Source: a virus (lineage: Duplodnaviria; Caudoviricetes). Taken from it: DNA of 64,000 nucleotides. Both the position numbers and the translations under genes were made by a program. Each line of letters begins with the position of its first letter. Position 1 is the stretch's first letter. The stretch spans positions 1-64,000 of IMG/VR virus record IMGVR_UViG_3300028888_000119; one strand, written 5' to 3'. Of the stretch, positions 54,201 through 63,607 are shown piece after piece. Below the pieces are notes generated by a model. The model ran no database searches. It saw only the letters and a program-made list of their open reading frames with translations, and had not been told where the DNA came from.

Positions 54201-57200
54201 TGACGGTATCCTGCCCGATAGACTCGATGCCCTTGGACGTGCCGTAGTCATTGTAGAAGGTCTCGAAGAGCAGGTTCCAGAACACCGAGGTCGAACCGGC
54301 GAAGGTGACCGAGCCGTTCTCTGCATCGGTAAACTCAATATAATACGGCTTACTATCGGCACCACGGTTGTCCGTATCGAAGATGGAGTCCAAGTCGTCT
54401 TGTCTCCATTTGAATCGTCCGCCATTGGCAAGCGTCTTCATCTTGTACGGGTACGAGTTCTTGGCGAAGTTGTCCGTAGCGCCCGTAGTGACACAGTAGA
54501 CAAGGTGGAAGGCACAGTCTTGGATGTCCCAGTAGTTCGGTGCCAGCGAGAGGAATCTCGCCCTACGCTGGGTCTTAAACCACTCGTTCTTCTCGTCCAG
54601 TGTACTGCCGGAAGGGGAGCCGTTCTGTGTGACGAGGTTGATCCCAGCCTCGTACTGTCCGGTCACAAGGTCATAGTGGTAGAGCACGTACTCCCCTTCA
54701 ATCCAGAACTCCATGTCTGCCCGTCCGAACCTGGTGTTGTATGCTTGAGAGCGGAAGTTCGTAACATCCGCGTTGATGTTCGCCAGCACTGCAGCCGCGT
54801 TCGCTCCGCCGTAGGTAGCATCGCTCAGAGCGACCGGGAAGATGAGCGTGGAGTTATTCCATGCCACGTCATAGGCTGGCTTGAACTCCGCCTCAAGAAC
54901 GGACTGAATCGCCGCTTGGTCCGAGGCTTCGTCCGTGGACAGCCCGTGGCAGTTGCTGACCTCCCATGCGTTGTCGAAGTTGTTGTTGCTGATGACGATA
55001 TTCAGACACTCGTTGGACGCTCTGTATTCTACCTCATTGTTCCACGGATACTGGAACTGTGCGAGCCTGCGGGAGTGGTCGGTGCCTTCAAGAGTAAGGA
55101 GCGAGCCCTTGATGTCATCAGAGATATTGTAACCAAATGTCGGTTTATCTCCCTTATCAGGACCGATGGTGAACAGACCTATGAATTCGTAGGTCGCAAC
55201 ACCCTGCTGCGAGACTGTGCGGGAGAAGCCAAATGCGGGATACTGATACACGGCCACCGTTGGGATAGGCTTTCCCGTTTCTTCAGCATATGCTTGCGCT
55301 TCGTTATATCCCACGACCGCATCATGCAGGTCGTTAAATGCCCGCGTTGCTCCAATCTTGTGGGACTGCATGGAGGATGCCATGTTAATCTTCGCCGTAA
55401 TCCTCATTACTGCTGGGTGGTTCTGGGCAGAGCCGTTTGCGCCACCATCGAAGTACACCGTCTTGGAATTTGACGACGGCAGGATGTTGAATATCTTTTT
55501 GCCATCGAGACCGGTTGTCGGGGAATCGTAGTATGCTACCGGAATCTGCTTGGAAGAATTTGTCTTATCAATCCTCCAGCGAATGTTCCACCGATAGTAG
55601 TCCATCGAGGTAGTACCTTGACCGGAGGTCTCAACGCCGAATAGCTTGAAGTCCCACTCGGGATGCGCTCCATAGTGCATCTCGAAGTCTGAATATCCCT
55701 TCGTGTTCTTGTCCCAATTGTTTGCTCTTGAAGGTACGGTCGCTCCATCCTTCATCTCCACAACGAAGAAGTTGTAGTTGTATGGGGAGTTCACCACTTG
55801 GTCGTAGAGCAGCTCGTGCGTATTACTGTTCAGCACGGAGTTGAACCAGGCGTATGCAGTCTCACGGTCGGTCAAAGTGCGGAGGGAGTTAATGTAGTTC
55901 TGCTCTGCGGCCTTGACGCCAAGAACTTTTCGATAAACCCTGCACATGTAAATGTAAACGTCTGCGGAAGAAGATCCGATGACCAGGTCTCCATCATTCT
56001 CCCAGGCAGTACCATTTGCATAGGAGAACTGCAGATTCTTGCAACCATTGACGTATGCAGTCACGAGGTTCTTACCGGTGTTTCCGCCAAAGGAATTCTG
56101 AATCGTAAAGAGCAAGTGCACCGTCTGCTCGTCACTGAAGGACTTCCCTCTTGCCGTATCGTTGGACGCGCTTGTGTCCGCGCCCGAATGAATGGTAAAA
56201 TTTGTTGGCTTAATGCGAATGCCTTGGAATCCGGCGGCAAGCGGATTCTCGGACACTGTGATTATATTCTCGGAGTAATCCGATACGTTGGAAACTCGGA
56301 AGCACAACTCAAAGGTCATGTTTTCTCCCTGCATTGCCTTGTATGGAATTGTACAAAAAGACCCTGCTGGAATGAGCAGCGCCCTTCTGCCATCCGGATC
56401 AGTCGTCCATCCATCGATGCCGTCCACCCATGCCATCCGAGTCCATGTGGCTGGAATCTCCGTTGCCGGTGTCGCCGCTTCATTGAGGATGCTGGTCTTG
56501 TTCGTGTCGTTGTTTGAGCGGGATGATGCGTTAAGGTAGAATTCTGCGCCAGACTCTGCAGGATAAATTGCGGAGTTGTCAATCGGGATGGACTGCACCT
56601 GCTGGGATGTCCCCATTGTAATCTCGAAGTAGGCATACAGGCTGATGGTCTCCTCGGTCAGCCACTCAATGGTGTATTCCAGCGTATGTGCTTCGCCAGT
56701 CGTCGTTCCGGCATAGTCCGAGTCGACCTTCGTGGTCGGTGTCGTTCCGGACCACAACTGAATCTTGATGTGCGGGTCGCCGGTCGAGAAGCCGGCGTTG
56801 TAGATGGCATAATCGCAAAGAGCTGCCGTGGAGTAGTTGTACACCTTTTGGGCGACATTGTTAACGCACACCAACTTTGCAGAGGTCTTGTCGGCTGACG
56901 CGATGTGCATAAAGTTATAGGACACCGGGATTGATGTCAGTGAGCCGGAAACAAGGTACGCTTTGCAGATGTACACGCCGGTCGGAAGAGTGGATAGGTC
57001 GAGTCCCTCTGTGTCCGTGAAGTTGTATGGCGTATCCACATAGGACGAAATACCAATCAGTTTCTCGAAGTGCAGCAGCATAGAACTGCCTTGATAAATC
57101 TCGATGTGGAGAGTTTTCGACAGCGAGCCTACGATACGGAACCCGCCGAGTTTATAATTAGTTGCTTCCCCTTCTACGATGGCATTGTACCATGTGTTAG

Positions 57201-57837
57201 AGAGCATCTCAATATACATTTCTGACAAGGTTACCGAGTAAACAACGCTTCCAGTTACAGACTCGTCGTCCTCCGATTCAAATGTAACTTTGATTCGGTT
57301 AGCTCCCACGGACAGCAGTTCTCTCACGTCCAGTTGATACGTTGCCCCGGCGACAAGCATTTGTGTGGAATTGGGAATGAGCGTGTAAGATCCTTGTGCG
57401 CCAGCATCGATGTACGCCTTGGCGATGGCACCCGAGCCCGTGGATGTCCATGTCGTATCCGAGATGGTCTTTGTCTGCACATCGAATCCAAGTGAAAGGA
57501 CAAGCGCGGTCTGGTTCGTCGCCACCTGGATATCATACGACGGTAGGTTGTTCGTAATGAAAACCCTGAACATGTCTGACGATAGATTCAAAGGAGTCGT
57601 GGAGAGAATCAAGTCTGTCCTCGTCGGGTCTTCAACATATGCGTCCCTATCCTCTACCGTATGGAAGAAGTACAACGTATAGTTGGATTGATTGAAGTAT
57701 GCTGCGCCTGCGGACTGGTTTATTCCGCTTTTGATATAGTTTTGAATCGCACTTCCAGGATACGGAAGATTATTTCTTGTGTCTATCGTCCAGTCATCAG
57801 ATGGACGTATCGCGTTGGGACTAAACTGTTTTGCCAT
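51280..57837 (-). CDS. Giant tail adhesin: LamG-like lectin + CotH-kinase-like + BspA-type LRR
   Basis: 2185 aa; LamG-like FELCFRVSNV...YVNG...LVIGS...YMCRVY; CotH-like GATDNFAKNSY...DDLDSIFDTDNRG; many SVTIPxSVTSIGxxAFxxC repeats. Confidence 0.8.
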   Translation of the reverse strand: MAKQFSPNAIRPSDDWTIDTRNNLPYPGSAIQNYIKSGINQSAGAAYFNQSNYTLYFFHTVEDRDAYVEDPTRTDLILSTTPLNLSSDMFRVFITNNLPSYDIQVATNQTALVLSLGFDVQTKTISDTTWTSTGSGAIAKAYIDAGAQGSYTLIPNSTQMLVAGATYQLDVRELLSVGANRIKVTFESEDDESVTGSVVYSVTLSEMYIEMLSNTWYNAIVEGEATNYKLGGFRIVGSLSKTLHIEIYQGSSMLLHFEKLIGISSYVDTPYNFTDTEGLDLSTLPTGVYICKAYLVSGSLTSIPVSYNFMHIASADKTSAKLVCVNNVAQKVYNYSTAALCDYAIYNAGFSTGDPHIKIQLWSGTTPTTKVDSDYAGTTTGEAHTLEYTIEWLTEETISLYAYFEITMGTSQQVQSIPIDNSAIYPAESGAEFYLNASSRSNNDTNKTSILNEAATPATEIPATWTRMAWVDGIDGWTTDPDGRRALLIPAGSFCTIPYKAMQGENMTFELCFRVSNVSDYSENIITVSENPLAAGFQGIRIKPTNFTIHSGADTSASNDTARGKSFSDEQTVHLLFTIQNSFGGNTGKNLVTAYVNGCKNLQFSYANGTAWENDGDLVIGSSSADVYIYMCRVYRKVLGVKAAEQNYINSLRTLTDRETAYAWFNSVLNSNTHELLYDQVVNSPYNYNFFVVEMKDGATVPSRANNWDKNTKGYSDFEMHYGAHPEWDFKLFGVETSGQGTTSMDYYRWNIRWRIDKTNSSKQIPVAYYDSPTTGLDGKKIFNILPSSNSKTVYFDGGANGSAQNHPAVMRITAKINMASSMQSHKIGATRAFNDLHDAVVGYNEAQAYAEETGKPIPTVAVYQYPAFGFSRTVSQQGVATYEFIGLFTIGPDKGDKPTFGYNISDDIKGSLLTLEGTDHSRRLAQFQYPWNNEVEYRASNECLNIVISNNNFDNAWEVSNCHGLSTDEASDQAAIQSVLEAEFKPAYDVAWNNSTLIFPVALSDATYGGANAAAVLANINADVTNFRSQAYNTRFGRADMEFWIEGEYVLYHYDLVTGQYEAGINLVTQNGSPSGSTLDEKNEWFKTQRRARFLSLAPNYWDIQDCAFHLVYCVTTGATDNFAKNSYPYKMKTLANGGRFKWRQDDLDSIFDTDNRGADSKPYYIEFTDAENGSVTFAGSTSVFWNLLFETFYNDYGTSKGIESIGQDTVRAMASLGGGANPFAGVVNFFKKYFWDNAQNYFPPSAYNVDSSWKYETAWLTNGQAVDPLSQSLGNHFEAEKLWCTRRAIYVMSLFKVGPFAQYSDTSLGQITFRPQSLASLTVTPMMWMYPAIEQGQGSPETTARTQAGQSYTFTGPFGNLGQTNLYIQATNYLQSLGDWKNLVLAAQYTDNIDIVGEKLRTFKIGDETAANVTTNVPSLSFNNTKCLEEIDARNASSLTSSIDLSVCTRLLRAYFEGTGITQVVLPNGSKIESLHLSENTNNIQLKNLKFLTDLVMPSDMAGIRTLQVENCVNQDAFDMLSECYNSDDAILQYIRLIWNDIAPATTDDVHMLSNIAQGLKKDDETEINYRGINAQGNIEGNPVIEGTMQMTGGIYTDELDTLGVTRTEDYGEGLKRALCSVFGTLYVIYDPARVYIRFADDEVLRVLLANGIGDGSGITMSDAAGVTSFNNSWFNNNTVIETFNELKYFGITTLGRAFDGCSSLKEITFPATLTGFYQGSVFNNCTDLVRISGFENLTSTNYLCGNCTKVAEVHASSLEGILRVVFSSSGVSHPFYYSTDTDAPQRGYYINGSLLTDVVIPQSITSIGTFAFYKNNTITSVAVHSSVISIGQEAFSKCSSLNSVVGMDGLTSVGIAAFQNCTSLASDINLPSLTGTLQQRVFANTAIKRVLSLGSITTISSTNGSGPFLDCASLEEVALPSTLTSVQINAFQRCTAIKKINITDIAAYCGISFAASSNPFHYSTAETRGLYLNGTLIENLVIPSGVTAVNVNAFYRNNTLKSVTIPNSVTSIGNSAFQGCSALTSVTIPSSVTSIGENAFQYCTSLASVTLPSSLTSIGAYAFRGCSGLIGTIILPYGVTSFNATFEGCSKITKIVFEGELTYFHGGVCLDCSSLKTAVFMGQTPPASGVINVNTFARVAAGFKIYVPYSSDQTILNAYKTRFSPYASIIYELNPDGTIPTA

Positions 57838-57839
57838 AT

Positions 57840-58013
57840 CTAATTATTTTTCCATGCTTCTTCGTTGATCCACGGTTTTTCATTTATCCATTGACCGCTG
57901 CCGAAACAAGATCGGATTGCCTGCCACACAAGTTGTGTTCCCTTGTAGATGGCCGCTATTGCTCTCGTGCCGAGACTGACCGCAGTGATCTCTTTTCCGT
58001 TCTTGTAAATCAT
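57840..58013 (-). CDS. Small tail-associated protein
   Basis: Manual translation MIYKNGKEITAV...SCFGSGQWINEKPWINEEAWKNN, 57 aa, TAATG-coupled. Confidence 0.7.
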   Translation of the reverse strand: MIYKNGKEITAVSLGTRAIAAIYKGTQLVWQAIRSCFGSGQWINEKPWINEEAWKNN

Positions 58014-59143
58014 TATTCGTAGATGTAATAATACTTGTCCGGGTCTTTCGTAGCGAGCGCCTCGTAATCCTCTTCTGACAGTGCAGTGTGCAGGGACTCC
58101 AATTCCTCAACCTGCTGACGGTAACTCTCTATCGTGTTTGCCAGAAGCGTCGCGAGATCGAGTGTCACGACGTCTCCGCTCGTGAAGGTCATGGTGAGGA
58201 TTCCGTTCTGGTATGATGCCGAGGTCAACACCCCGGAGATAGAGAAGTCGTCCGTGCTCAACGATGAGAGCGTCGTGCTCCCGCGCTTGAGCAGGATGGT
58301 GTTCGTGTTGGAGTTGAACGTAAGCGAGAGGCTGTCGGAATAGGTCTTTATGCCGCCACTTGTCACGGGATTCACACTCCCTGCGGTCGGCTCCAAGTCG
58401 AATGTCAACTGTGTTTGAAGGGCCATCATGGATGAGGACCATTCATCTGTAATATCCAATGTAAGGGTATACACACTATTTCCATCGGTCCTCGAAAACC
58501 TGAATGTATCATCACCGAGCTCTGAAGTTTGCTTAAGAATGTACAAGTATCCGCCAGAGTCAAATGCGATTACATTCTTTCCAGCACTATATGCGTCGTC
58601 AACCTCTTGATAAGTCGTTGTTCCATACTCTGCATAAAAAGTTCCTCCGGCATTTTGTATTGCATCATATACGGCTTTTGCTGAAGGATACTGCGCGTTT
58701 GTCGAAGCAGCGGAAATTGAGTTAACCTTATGGTCGAGGCTTTCTACATCTTTATACACTGGTCCTGACCATACATCTTGGTCTGACACTCTTACCTCTG
58801 CGTGAGAGATGCTTTGGTCGGCGTTTGAATACAGCGCGGAAAATGTATGGTAACCATTCTCATACGAGTCGGACGACAGCGTGAAAACAAGATCTTCGGT
58901 ATCATTGTCATACTTCAGAAGGACAACCTTCCCGCTTGCGTTGGCTTGGGAGATCTCGGAATACGTCGTGGTCCCATATGTCGCTACGAACACATCGTCT
59001 CCTGCCTTCTTGTCGACAGTACCGCTGGAATTACCAACATAGATTCCGCCGTCTGTGGCGAAGTAAATCTTCCCTTCGGATGCGGTCGTAAGGGCTTCGA
59101 GTTCGGCACGAGTATAGTGCCTGTTGAAATTCACGTAACTCAT
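58013..59143 (-). CDS. Tail fibre-like protein
   Basis: 376 aa; duplicated YGTTTYxE domain; KVNSISAASTNAQYPSAKAVYD; NPVTSGGI; C-terminal DPDKYYYI. Confidence 0.7.
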   Translation of the reverse strand: MSYVNFNRHYTRAELEALTTASEGKIYFATDGGIYVGNSSGTVDKKAGDDVFVATYGTTTYSEISQANASGKVVLLKYDNDTEDLVFTLSSDSYENGYHTFSALYSNADQSISHAEVRVSDQDVWSGPVYKDVESLDHKVNSISAASTNAQYPSAKAVYDAIQNAGGTFYAEYGTTTYQEVDDAYSAGKNVIAFDSGGYLYILKQTSELGDDTFRFSRTDGNSVYTLTLDITDEWSSSMMALQTQLTFDLEPTAGSVNPVTSGGIKTYSDSLSLTFNSNTNTILLKRGSTTLSSLSTDDFSISGVLTSASYQNGILTMTFTSGDVVTLDLATLLANTIESYRQQVEELESLHTALSEEDYEALATKDPDKYYYIYE

Positions 59144-59191
59144 AATGTACCTAAAGTATAGAGCGCAGCTCTGTTATGAGTCCAGTAATGC

Positions 59192-60595
59192 TTAGTCTTC
59201 CCAAGTGAGGCAACTCACCGCGACGGAGAGGTTGTTGGCTTGAGTGGACGTCATATAGCCATCGTTGCTTGCAGTTGCTGCAGGGATGGTCTTTGTGTTG
59301 CCGCTCAGAGACACCGCATTGGTGCCACCAGCAAGACTTGCATCATGGACTACCGTCTTCCATGCATCTGCCGCAGAACTCGAGGAACCCACACTTCCGC
59401 TACCACCAACGGCGATGCTGACATTCTTCTTGGTCACGGAAATCACACCTGCCGTGTTTTGGGATATCGTGGCGATAAACTGCGAGGCGTCGCCACTTGC
59501 GGTCGGGTCGGTTACGGCGGACTGGACGGCCTTGAAGTGGAGTTTCTTGCGGGTGACGGAGATCTTCCCATCACTTCCCTGAGTGACAGACTCGACATAT
59601 GCACCATCGGTAGCGCCGTTAGATGAGGCTGTCGGAGCACTCACAGTCATGTTCACCGCCTTGGTCTTCCCGTCTGTGCCGTCAGCAACCAGGGCATAGT
59701 CGTTCGTGAAGGTGTTAGTACCCTTGTACAATGCTCCCGTCACATCCGTAGTGCCGAACTTCTCCCACTTGGTTGCATCTGCCGTAGAGCCGATGTCATC
59801 GGTGGCCACCCACTCGCCGTGGTCTGCAGTGACCACATACACATCGCCTTTCTTTACGTTAGTAAGGGCCTTCAGCGCTGTTTCTGTTGCAACTGTCCCC
59901 TCGAAGTGCATGATGCTACCGAGGTCGGAAATGGCATCCGAAATTGCGGAATCCACATCAGCAGGAGACGCGGCGTCGATGTTGGAGCGAATCTGAGTCT
60001 TTTCCGCCGCACTGAGAGACTGGGCAGAGGTGTCCAGCATGGTATAGGAATGAGTGCCGTCTTCCCGCTGGACAGGGTCACTACTCTTGATAACCGTAGG
60101 GATGCTCTCATCACCGACTTCCACACAATCATCACCGCCGGTGTAATGGCCAATGAGGTTCACGGGAGAGCCGCCAGAACCCGCCACGTCGGAAGTGATG
60201 TAAGTGTCGTCGGTCATCACGATACCGCCCGTCATCTTCCCGCCGGATTTCTTCAAGTATGTGGCATCAATCTGGTCTCCATTTACATCATTAGTGGCTT
60301 TATCAGCAGATTCCACACTGAGAATCTTTGTTAAAGGAGACGCCCCACTGGTAAGGTAGTCGTTAATAAGGTCTGTAATGTCCTTGCCGCTTAAGGTATT
60401 CCCGTTGACTTGACCTACCAGTTTAAGGATTGCCGTGCTTCCACCTTCCGTCGAGCCAACATACACAGCAGTCGCACCAGAGGCTGCAACATACCAAGTA
60501 CCATCAATTACTGCGGTTCCGTTAATGGATGCAGTACCCACCGCAGCAGTCAGCTGGGCCTGTGTAAAATGTCTATTAAATGCTACTTTTGCCAT
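59192..60595 (-). CDS. Tail fibre-like protein
   Basis: 467 aa Ala/Thr/Gly/Ser-rich; YLKKSGGKMTG; LSAAEKTQIRSNI; KKGDVY; ATASNDGYMTS. Confidence 0.75.
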   Translation of the reverse strand: MAKVAFNRHFTQAQLTAAVGTASINGTAVIDGTWYVAASGATAVYVGSTEGGSTAILKLVGQVNGNTLSGKDITDLINDYLTSGASPLTKILSVESADKATNDVNGDQIDATYLKKSGGKMTGGIVMTDDTYITSDVAGSGGSPVNLIGHYTGGDDCVEVGDESIPTVIKSSDPVQREDGTHSYTMLDTSAQSLSAAEKTQIRSNIDAASPADVDSAISDAISDLGSIMHFEGTVATETALKALTNVKKGDVYVVTADHGEWVATDDIGSTADATKWEKFGTTDVTGALYKGTNTFTNDYALVADGTDGKTKAVNMTVSAPTASSNGATDGAYVESVTQGSDGKISVTRKKLHFKAVQSAVTDPTASGDASQFIATISQNTAGVISVTKKNVSIAVGGSGSVGSSSSAADAWKTVVHDASLAGGTNAVSLSGNTKTIPAATASNDGYMTSTQANNLSVAVSCLTWED

Positions 60596-60614
60596 AGTAT
60601 CCTATTGTTATTTG

Positions 60615-61361
60615 TTATTCATGCCACTTTAATTGCTTATCAACATATTCTTTCGTCGCCGCATCGAAGTCTTGCACGGGAGATGCCAAGTTAAAAATTC
60701 GGTTATTGTGCATATCTACATCTCCGAGAAAATCAGCGCCGGCATCGAACGTAACATTCCCGGTAAATTCACCATTGTCTTTTGAAACGAAATGATCCTC
60801 TACGAATCCCTTGTTTACGGCGTCGTATTCGTCGGTCGGGTCGCCAAGATTACGTACTTTATTATAGTGCATGTCGGCTTGTCCGCCTTCTACACGGAAT
60901 CCGGAATCAAATGTGACATTCCCGGAGAATTCTCCTCCGGATTTTGGCATATACGGCGATTCAGTGATAATCCACTGGCTACTGGCGGTTACGCTGACAA
61001 CCCACTCTTTCTCGCTTTTGTATCCTCCGACGAAATACACTATGTTTGTCGCGTAATTGTTCTCGTAGAAATATTCACCGCCCTTGTTTACAACAACTCT
61101 TTTACCGGCGCGATGCCTACTGATTATTTCTGAGTAAGGTGTCTCACCAAATGTTGCAACAAATATATCTGCGACATCGACATAGATATCTCCGGGACCC
61201 AAAATAGGGACCCCGTTTACGGTCTTTATGTTTTCGCCGCTTACTAGAGTGTCTTGTTTCTTCGACAGACCCTCATCGACATACGTTTTTTCGGCGAGGA
61301 TTGCGGACCGATCTAATATTTCTTGGACTTCTTGTCCGGTTTGAGTCAGTTTGGTTGCCAT
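60615..61361 (-). CDS. Tail fibre-like protein
   Basis: KQDTLVSGENIKTVNG; two GxFxGNVTF...NLxxP...DAxxKxxVD repeats. Confidence 0.75.
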   Translation of the reverse strand: MATKLTQTGQEVQEILDRSAILAEKTYVDEGLSKKQDTLVSGENIKTVNGVPILGPGDIYVDVADIFVATFGETPYSEIISRHRAGKRVVVNKGGEYFYENNYATNIVYFVGGYKSEKEWVVSVTASSQWIITESPYMPKSGGEFSGNVTFDSGFRVEGGQADMHYNKVRNLGDPTDEYDAVNKGFVEDHFVSKDNGEFTGNVTFDAGADFLGDVDMHNNRIFNLASPVQDFDAATKEYVDKQLKWHE

Positions 61362-61364
61362 CGG

Positions 61365-61649
61365 CTACCTCCTCTTTTTTACCATTATTTTTCCACCGTC
61401 AACCGTAAGAAGTATTCCATCACACGCATATAGGAAATCATATTCTCCTATGCTATTCACGCAGACCATCGCAAACGTCGCCCGCATATGATTTACCGGA
61501 GTAAATGATGACGACAAATCGCGTATTGGGGTAAAACTCGAACTAATATCTGTTTGCGGCACGAACTCTGCTTTAACATCGTTTAGTGGTGACGCCTGCA
61601 ATTCGGTATCACCACCGACCGGGGTAAAGAGAATCGTTAAGCAGCTCAT
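61365..61649 (-). CDS. Hypothetical tail-associated protein
   Basis: 94 aa, short internal repeat FTP. Confidence 0.6.
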   Translation of the reverse strand: MSCLTILFTPVGGDTELQASPLNDVKAEFVPQTDISSSFTPIRDLSSSFTPVNHMRATFAMVCVNSIGEYDFLYACDGILLTVDGGKIMVKKRR

Positions 61650-61650
61650 A

Positions 61651-61968
61651 TTAGACTTTCTTTATTCTCCCCATTATCTGTTTATCAACCTCGTCCCTGG
61701 ATCCATCATCAAAATCCGCATCCGGGATAGAGGCATAGGCAATGAGAGATAAATCGCCGTTTCGCAAGTAACTTTTGTCGATGCAAACGTACCAATTACC
61801 ATCGTCGCCCTTTATGCACTCTTCCTTTGGGTATGTCTTTACGATTTTGGTTCCAACTTCTACGCCAACGCTCCATTCATCGGAGTCCATATCGAACCCT
61901 GATGCTTGAATGTCGACGAGGAACTTTAAGTCACTCCCGTCCCACCATGAATAGTTTTGTTCTGCCAT
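61651..61968 (-). CDS. Small beta-sandwich baseplate-upper-like protein (putative)
   Basis: 105 aa, IPDADFDDGSRDEV. Confidence 0.55.
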   Translation of the reverse strand: MAEQNYSWWDGSDLKFLVDIQASGFDMDSDEWSVGVEVGTKIVKTYPKEECIKGDDGNWYVCIDKSYLRNGDLSLIAYASIPDADFDDGSRDEVDKQIMGRIKKV

Positions 61969-61996
61969 AGTTTTTCGGTTTTGACAAAGTTAGAAA

Positions 61997-62287
61997 TTAT
62001 TTTATAAATAGCCAAAACAGATTTCCGCATAAAGCATATCCAATTTTGGCATACCATTTCTGCGGATAATTCAAATCGACATCTTTCGTCTTGTCGCGTA
62101 GTATCCCCATAGCGTACAGACCATTGTGCGTGGCCCACTCCATCCGCATTGAACGTGGACTGCGCTTCCAAATGTCACTGTTAGAATGGATGGCCTTAAT
62201 AGAGTTTAGCCTTCCCTGAAAATTTTTCTTCCGGACGAGATATGAATCAAAAATCCGAAGATTGTCTTTGGTTATTGTGTACTTCAT
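61997..62287 (-). CDS. Hypothetical protein
   Basis: 96 aa, AT-richer. Confidence 0.6.
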   Translation of the reverse strand: MKYTITKDNLRIFDSYLVRKKNFQGRLNSIKAIHSNSDIWKRSPRSMRMEWATHNGLYAMGILRDKTKDVDLNYPQKWYAKIGYALCGNLFWLFIK

Positions 62288-62310
62288 AATCGTTATATAT
62301 TTGGTTGGAT

Positions 62311-62937
62311 TTATTTTTCAATGGTTATGAAGTTCGCCCCAAGAACTTTCGTGTGCGGGTTCTTTGAGACGACATCCATCGTTCGGTTTTTGATTCTCTT
62401 CGTCTTCCAAAGGAATCCAAGGAATCTTTTGTATTCGATACTCTCGGCAATTACAATGCTGTCACGGCTTTCCATCTTTCCGGTAAATGACGTCTTTGTA
62501 ATAACCCCATCGAAATCATACCAAGCGTCTCCGCAGTGGACTGCACGGGCCTCCTCTTTAATTTCATTACCGACAGTGTCTTTGTATACAATAACGGTGT
62601 CCACCGGTACGCTATGAAGTTGATAAATGGTTTGATTTTGAGACTTAACGACCCTATCTAAGTCCTTTACTTTCGTCTTAAGTGACGCTATCAGTTTCGC
62701 ATCTTCCGCCATAAATTTCTTATACTCCGACATCTTCAGCTCCAGACCTTGAACCCTGGCGGCATTTAAGGAGTCCTTTGTCTTGTAAGTGTCAATCTCC
62801 GAGAGAAGAGCATCGGAGTTTCTGTGATAGCGGTCTCGTTCTTTGCGGGCATCTTTTAGAGAGAGTCCCATCCAAATTATGGCTCCCACCAAGGCCACTG
62901 CGACGGCTGCAGCTGCGATATAGAGATACTTTTTCAT
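62311..62937 (-). CDS. Spanin-like / DUF6549-like lysis accessory
   Basis: N-terminal TM, coiled coil, DAWY, KRFLGFLWKTK...SKNPHT; adjacent to endolysin. Confidence 0.6.
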   Translation of the reverse strand: MKKYLYIAAAAVAVALVGAIIWMGLSLKDARKERDRYHRNSDALLSEIDTYKTKDSLNAARVQGLELKMSEYKKFMAEDAKLIASLKTKVKDLDRVVKSQNQTIYQLHSVPVDTVIVYKDTVGNEIKEEARAVHCGDAWYDFDGVITKTSFTGKMESRDSIVIAESIEYKRFLGFLWKTKRIKNRTMDVVSKNPHTKVLGANFITIEK

Positions 62938-63602
62938 ATGTTTGTTTTTTTCTTTAAGTAATCCATCGTTCCAGTTACAAGCACCTCCGCGACGTCGTAG
63001 TGGAAGCCGGGTGAGTTGATGTAGTCATAGTCCTGCTTGTTATCCATAAAAAAGTTTTCACAAAGGATAGCAGGGCAGTTAGTGTTTCTGAGGATGTAGA
63101 AGTCGCTTTCGTAGTCGTGGTCCCCGTCGGATGTGTCCGATATGGTCTTCAATCCATCCGTACCGTTGTGCCATTTCTCGTTTGCCCTCTGCCATACGCA
63201 CTCCGCCCACTTATCCGATTCTGTCACGCCGCGGGTCGTCCAGACGCTCCATCCCCTTGCCTTCATCCATTGCCCGTTGCCCGCCGCATTGAGATGGCAG
63301 GAAAGCATAAGCACATGGTCTTTACCGAGGACGGAGCACTGGGCATTCACCCTACGGCAACGCTCACCGAGAGAGATGTCCACTGTCTCAGGTACGAGCA
63401 ACTCGGCATCCATACCGATTCCCCTAAACAACGTCACCACCGCCTCGGCAACATCACGGTTAACGTGCCACTCCTTGATGACCATATCAGGAGAGTGCTT
63501 GCCAGCGGTGTTATAGCCATGACCGTTGTCCACAAGTATGCGGACGCGCCCCAACTTGCTAAGGACCAAACTGGAAAGAGTTTTCAAGTAATTTAGATCC
63601 AT
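62934..63602 (-). CDS. Endolysin, N-acetylmuramoyl-L-alanine amidase (Amidase_3)
   Basis: ILVDNGHG, KEW, SCHLNA, FYILRNTNCPAILCENFFMDN. Confidence 0.92.
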   Translation of the reverse strand: MDLNYLKTLSSLVLSKLGRVRILVDNGHGYNTAGKHSPDMVIKEWHVNRDVAEAVVTLFRGIGMDAELLVPETVDISLGERCRRVNAQCSVLGKDHVLMLSCHLNAAGNGQWMKARGWSVWTTRGVTESDKWAECVWQRANEKWHNGTDGLKTISDTSDGDHDYESDFYILRNTNCPAILCENFFMDNKQDYDYINSPGFHYDVAEVLVTGTMDYLKKKTNI

Positions 63603-63607
63603 ATTTT

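Noticed and set aside
61997-63602. Holin in the lysis cassette
   Set aside because: No convincing multi-TM small ORF next to the endolysin; the 4-TM gene at 50315 is 12 kb away and tied to the HTH/module, so no holin call is made.
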